64,000 nucleotides of DNA, from contig JAAYUE010000034.1 in assembly GCA_012517905.1 (NCBI GenBank), forward strand, positions 6,752 to 70,751. The letters run 5' to 3'. Positions within the stretch are counted from its first letter, which is position 1. The number at the start of each line of letters is the position of its first letter. Origin of the DNA: Clostridiales bacterium. Lineage in GTDB: Bacteria > Bacillota > Clostridia > Christensenellales > CAG-138. The notes under the pieces were generated by a model, which was given only the letters and a program-made list of their open reading frames with translations, was not told the origin of the DNA and made no database searches. Positions 60,152 to 64,000 of this stretch are shown piece by piece. The position numbers were made by a program, and so were the translations under genes.

Positions 60152-60318
60152 GCTACACATTCAGTATAGGAGTAATGCGCGGAAACTGCCAAATACTTCT
60201 TCAGCGGAACACGCTTTTCCCTTTCTTCTAATAGGCCGTATTTCGGGAACAACTAAAACGCCTCTCCCGCACGATTTAGGTGCAAAGAGAGGCATTCGTT
60301 TGCTTTGTGGTGTTTGCG

Positions 60319-61251
60319 TTAGGGCTTTAGATATCCGGGGGAGAGCAAAAGCTCCTCATAAACGAGATTGCTTTGTGCCAGCGCGCGCTCCTCATATTGT
60401 TGAAACGCCTGTAAGAATGCCTGCCCGCGCGGGGTCAGGTCACTTCCGCTGCCCTTTGTGCCACCCTGCCTGCGTAGAATTAGCGGATAGCCGAGCGCGG
60501 CTTCGAGTTTGTTCAGCGTGTCCCAAGCTTTGCTTATGGACATGGCCATCATATCGCTTGCGGTGCGGACGGAGTGCGTCTCTCCGATGAGCAGCAACAA
60601 GAGCTTTGCGCGGACGCTAAAGATCGTGTCCTCCTGCTCCAGCGTAAATTGAAGGTTTGGCTGAATGAAGCTGGATTGATGCGCCAGAAGGTGCGCCTCC
60701 AGCTGTGTTTGTTCGTGAAAAGTCAGCCGGATACCTTCGTCTGCAACATCCACGCGGGTGCGGCTGCATCGCATCTGCGCCATTGCGCCGCGCAGGCCGC
60801 CGCTGCCGATATAGGAGAGGATATCCGGAATTACGCGATTGCTCAATATGATGGGATGCCCGCCCTTTCCGCCCACGGCGGGTGTGACAAAGTCTCCACC
60901 CTGATTGAGGAGTGCGCGCAGCGTAGACGGCGCAAACAGTGGCACGTTGACCGGCGCAAACGCGACTCTCTCGCACTTGTCCTGTAAAAAAGCGAGTCCA
61001 AGACGGATGGAGTCCAATAGTTCGGGATCCTGAAACTCGGTGTTGTGTAGAAACACAACACCGCGGCCGGAAAGGCGATATTTTACCTCATCTGCTTCCA
61101 CGCCGGTGACAACCGCGATAGGGAAAATACCCGCCTGTTGAAAGGTCAGCACAATGCGCTGCACGGCGGTGATTGAACCAAGCTGAAGTGTCGGACGCGC
61201 TGCCTTCTGGCTTGCGGCCGCGATAAGTCCTCCCACACGACTGATTTTCAT
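60319..61251 (-). CDS. fusion protein: degenerate MobA-like nucleotidyltransferase-fold domain + ModE/LysR-type winged-helix DNA-binding domain (putative regulator)
   Basis: The N-terminus is collinear with the MocA-like protein, but the LAAGxSxRMG signature reads LIAAASQKAAR. The C-terminus, SVRTASDMMAMSISKAWDTLNKLEAALGYPLILRRQGGTKGSGSDLTPRGQAF, matches the ModE N-terminal HTH pattern. Confidence 0.65.
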   Translation of the reverse strand: MKISRVGGLIAAASQKAARPTLQLGSITAVQRIVLTFQQAGIFPIAVVTGVEADEVKYRLSGRGVVFLHNTEFQDPELLDSIRLGLAFLQDKCERVAFAPVNVPLFAPSTLRALLNQGGDFVTPAVGGKGGHPIILSNRVIPDILSYIGSGGLRGAMAQMRCSRTRVDVADEGIRLTFHEQTQLEAHLLAHQSSFIQPNLQFTLEQEDTIFSVRAKLLLLLIGETHSVRTASDMMAMSISKAWDTLNKLEAALGYPLILRRQGGTKGSGSDLTPRGQAFLQAFQQYEERALAQSNLVYEELLLSPGYLKP

Positions 61252-61633
61252 GATTTTGCCTCCAAGTTTTTAGCGACAGGATTCTTCTACCTTTCTAGGA
61301 TAGTACGACAACCTAACAAATAAATCGTTTCTTACCCGGGGTTGTTAAAGATCGTCTTGCGTGATTTGTTATTAAAAGAGCCTGTATAGTTTGTACGCAC
61401 ATATGCAAGTTGGACTTTTAGCGAGGGATCAACTGATTGCAACGATAACTGACAAAAATTTCATATAATGCTGGCACACACTTAAATATGAGCTGCAAAG
61501 CGAAAACCATGAGAAATAGATAGCAATATTCGAGGTCTCACAGTGTTACATATCGTTTATTATAATAAGCTTTTTATGACGCGCGTAAAAATTTCTTATT
61601 TAGGAATGAATCTTATAAAAAATATAGTAATTG

Positions 61634-61662
61634 TTGACATATGCCAATAATCGGCATAATAT
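61634..61662 (+). promoter_or_regulatory. sigma-70 promoter candidate in AT-rich intergenic region
   Basis: TTGACA (61634-61639), a 17-nt spacer and TAATAT (61657-61662). The spacer contains the inverted repeat ATGCC-N7-GGCAT. The element is ~285 nt upstream of the radical SAM ATG. Confidence 0.5.
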
Positions 61663-61944
61663 TGTTATGGTCATAAGCCAATAACCGAGTGAAAATATCT
61701 ATATAAATTCGGATAGTATTTTAGTGACTGCTGTGCTTTAAATAAAAGCACAAAACAATATCTTTGCATGAACGAAGACAATCAAGCAGGAACACCAAAG
61801 AACATTTATTGAAAACGAGGGGTGCGGACTATTAGTTCTTGCATTCAGTTATGAGTTCAATCATTTGAACGGAGTTTTTTGATTGACAAGGTGATACTAG
61901 ATTCAATTATCAGCTGAGACAATTTACTAAAGGAGGATTTTGAA

Positions 61945-62883
61945 ATGATTTTATACGGGCCAGTACCTTCAAGACGATTGGGGCAAAGTATTGGGATTAA
62001 CAATATCCCGCCTAAAACCTGTTCCTACTCCTGCATCTATTGTCAGCTTGGCAGGACAGATAGAATGCAGATTAAAAGACAAGAGTTCTATAAACCCGAG
62101 GATATTTACCTCGAAGCCGAAGTTAAACTGGAACAACTAAAAGCGGAAAACAGGACTGCCGATTACTTTTCTTTTGTCCCTGATGGGGAGCCGACCCTTG
62201 ACATCAATTTGGGAGCGGAAATCGATCTGCTCAAGCCATTCAAGGTAAGAATTGCAGTCATCACCAATGCATCTCTTCTTTGGATGGACGATGTCAAGGA
62301 AGATTTAATGAAGGCGGATTGGGTATCGGTCAGCATTGATGCCGCAGATGAAGATGTTTGGCGCAGAATTGACAGGCCGCATGGCGCATTACGGCATATA
62401 GATATTCTGAATGGTATAATCGAGTTTTCAAAAAAATATCGGGGTACGCTGGTTACCGAGACAATGCTTGTAGAGGGGGTGAACGATCACGATACATGCG
62501 TTGGGAAGATCGCAGATCAGTTATCTCTGATACAACCGAGTAAGGCTTATATTTTGGTTCCTACCCGTCCCCCTGCTGAAAGCAGCGTAAAGAGAGCTGC
62601 AAAGTCCAGTCTTTCTAGCGCTGTTCGAATGATTCGACGCGTATCTGGAATAGACGTTGAGTGTATCACCGGAGATGAGAATGAGGAAGGGTTTTTCTTT
62701 ACGGAATCTGTCGCAGAAGACATATTAAGCATAGCATCTGTGCATCCAATTAGAGAAGATATCATTGATGGGTTATTGAAGAAAAGAAATGCGGATAAGA
62801 CGATTATTAGTGAGATGGTAAAAAATGGTGAGCTGTGCGAGTTTCAATACGAAGGCAAACGATTTTACCGAAAGAAAATTTAG
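61945..62883 (+). CDS. radical SAM protein (CxxxCxxC; function unknown)
   Basis: The RBS AAAGGAGG precedes the ATG. The N-terminus reads GPVPSRRLGQSIGINNIPPKTCSYSCIYCQLG, with C-x3-C-x2-C. Confidence 0.8.
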   Translation: MILYGPVPSRRLGQSIGINNIPPKTCSYSCIYCQLGRTDRMQIKRQEFYKPEDIYLEAEVKLEQLKAENRTADYFSFVPDGEPTLDINLGAEIDLLKPFKVRIAVITNASLLWMDDVKEDLMKADWVSVSIDAADEDVWRRIDRPHGALRHIDILNGIIEFSKKYRGTLVTETMLVEGVNDHDTCVGKIADQLSLIQPSKAYILVPTRPPAESSVKRAAKSSLSSAVRMIRRVSGIDVECITGDENEEGFFFTESVAEDILSIASVHPIREDIIDGLLKKRNADKTIISEMVKNGELCEFQYEGKRFYRKKI

Positions 62884-62984
62884 AAGAGCAAAGACAGTCA
62901 CCGTGCCTACTGGATCCACTGAAACATTACCCAGAAATATTATTGTGGAACAGCATAAGACATGAAGGTCGAGGGGAAGAGATT

Positions 62985-63860
62985 ATGTGTCAGCAAAAAC
63001 GGATTTTAGCAATACATGACATATCCTGCTTTGGTAGATGCTCCTTAACGGTGGCGCTTCCTATCATATCAGCAGTGGGTATTGAAGTCAGCGTAATCCC
63101 AACGGCCTTACTTTCTACGCATACGGGCGGCATTCCGGGATATACCTATCGCGACTTATCGGACGATATGCTTGTTATCACGAACCACTGGCAGTCGCTC
63201 GATATTAAATTCGATGCGATTTACTCGGGCTTTTTAGGATCGAGCAAACAACTAGATATCGTATCGAAGATATTTGATACATTTGCAATGTCAGGGCAAT
63301 TGATCATTGTTGACCCCGTTATGGCCGATAATGGTTTGCTGTACAAGAGCATTCCGGATACCTTTCCGCTAGAAATGAGAAAACTCTGTCAAAAAGCAGA
63401 CATTATTTTACCAAATATGACGGAAGCGATGCTTCTTTTAGGAGAACCATATCAGAAAGGCCCCTATACGAAGCGTTACATCAAAGAACTGCTGAAGCGA
63501 TTGACCGCTTTAGGACCCAAACAAATCGTGATTACAGGTGTTTATTTTGACAATAAAACGATTGGCGCCGCAAGTTATGATGCCGTATCGGATAAAACCG
63601 AATTTTCCTTTTCCTATTTTGTAGAAGGATATTATCCTGGTACTGGAGACGTGTTCGGAAGCGTGCTAGTCGGTTCTTTACTGGTAGGAAAAAGCCTAAC
63701 GGAATCTGTCAGAAACGCTGTGGATTTTACGTCGGCTAGCATAGTTCGTACGAATAAAGCTGGTACAGACATGAGGTTTGGAGTTCATTTTGAAATGGAA
63801 CTTCCATCTTTGATCCAACGGCTCGGGCGTAACAAAACGGAGTTCCTTCAAACGAACTAA
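62985..63860 (+). CDS. pyridoxal/pyridoxamine kinase (PdxK/PdxY family, ribokinase fold)
   Basis: The start is ATG at 62985, after GAGGGGAAGA. Diagnostic segments are ILAIHDISCFGRCSLTVALPIISAVG, FDAIYSGFLGS, VDPVMADNG and GTGDVFGS. Confidence 0.8.
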   Translation: MCQQKRILAIHDISCFGRCSLTVALPIISAVGIEVSVIPTALLSTHTGGIPGYTYRDLSDDMLVITNHWQSLDIKFDAIYSGFLGSSKQLDIVSKIFDTFAMSGQLIIVDPVMADNGLLYKSIPDTFPLEMRKLCQKADIILPNMTEAMLLLGEPYQKGPYTKRYIKELLKRLTALGPKQIVITGVYFDNKTIGAASYDAVSDKTEFSFSYFVEGYYPGTGDVFGSVLVGSLLVGKSLTESVRNAVDFTSASIVRTNKAGTDMRFGVHFEMELPSLIQRLGRNKTEFLQTN

Positions 63861-64000
63861 ATTTCAGCGGGAGTTTGTAATTTCGTATAGGTACAGTCGC
63901 TTTTCGGGCGGCAGTAAAATGAAGCAATCTTACGTGCTGGTTCCAAACGTACGGTTTCATGCTGGCTTCTTGTTATTGACATATGCTTTTAACTGAATTA

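Noticed and set aside
63736-63960. 74-aa minus-strand ORF at the right window edge.
   Set aside because: It overlaps the 3' end of the pyridoxal kinase gene and has no RBS or motifs. It is probably spurious.

Overview
This 64-kb window appears to come from a high-GC, Gram-positive-type chromosome, probably Clostridia-like. That placement is inference only, based on AGGAGG-type ribosome-binding sites, lipobox lipoproteins, an Agr/LytTR-type two-component system, Mo-hydroxylase genes and a DUF364 gene. No rRNA, tRNA, CRISPR array, transposase or integrase was recognised.

(1) Giant ORF, nt 2-35278. More than half of the window is one uninterrupted + strand ORF of at least 11,755 codons that is still open at the 5' window edge. 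It encodes a giant repeat-built fibre/adhesin-like protein containing:
- ~47-aa hydrophobic Gly/Ala/Val units;
- eleven ~240-aa super-repeats;
- Tyr-rich cell-wall-binding-like modules dispersed along the whole length;
- a ~830-aa non-repetitive Tyr/Thr/Ser-rich centre;
- ~90-aa tandem repeats;
- five DEND-motif modules;
- three Ala-rich coiled coils, the last ~1,100 aa long;
- a C-terminal beta-helix plus globular domain with no sortase signal or TM anchor.

(2) Accessory block, nt ~35.4-49.0 kb. A ~145-bp terminator-plus-promoter module occurs as a direct repeat at 35434-35579 and 48806-48949 and brackets a compositionally mixed block. The block carries:
- a GH5-like lipoprotein;
- a tightly coupled 7-gene minus-strand operon: orphan ABC-type ATPase, G3E-type GTPase, Cx2Cx4Cx16C Fe-S protein, cysteate-synthase-like PLP enzyme, alpha-oxoamine synthase, SDR reductase and a multi-domain VOC protein;
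- an AgrC/AgrA-like (LytTR) two-component system.
The last four operon genes look like a capnine/sulfonolipid-type pathway, known from Bacteroidota, in an unexpected host and with three unexplained partners. Four 9-bp direct repeats in 21-bp phase lie exactly between the LytTR system and this operon. This operon plus its regulatory region is my best candidate for an undescribed system, together with the giant protein.

(3) Remainder, nt 49.1-64.0 kb. Ordinary-looking genes follow:
- a DUF364 protein divergent from a Fur/Zur-family regulator with a ZnuABC-type metal importer;
- a Mo-hydroxylase cluster with a three-subunit XDH-type enzyme, a MocA-like cytidylyltransferase, a fused FeS-Mo Mop-like enzyme and a MobA-like/ModE-HTH fusion regulator;
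- a radical SAM protein and a pyridoxal/pyridoxamine kinase.

All functional calls rest on motifs read by eye in the supplied translations. No database search or numerical composition analysis was possible.
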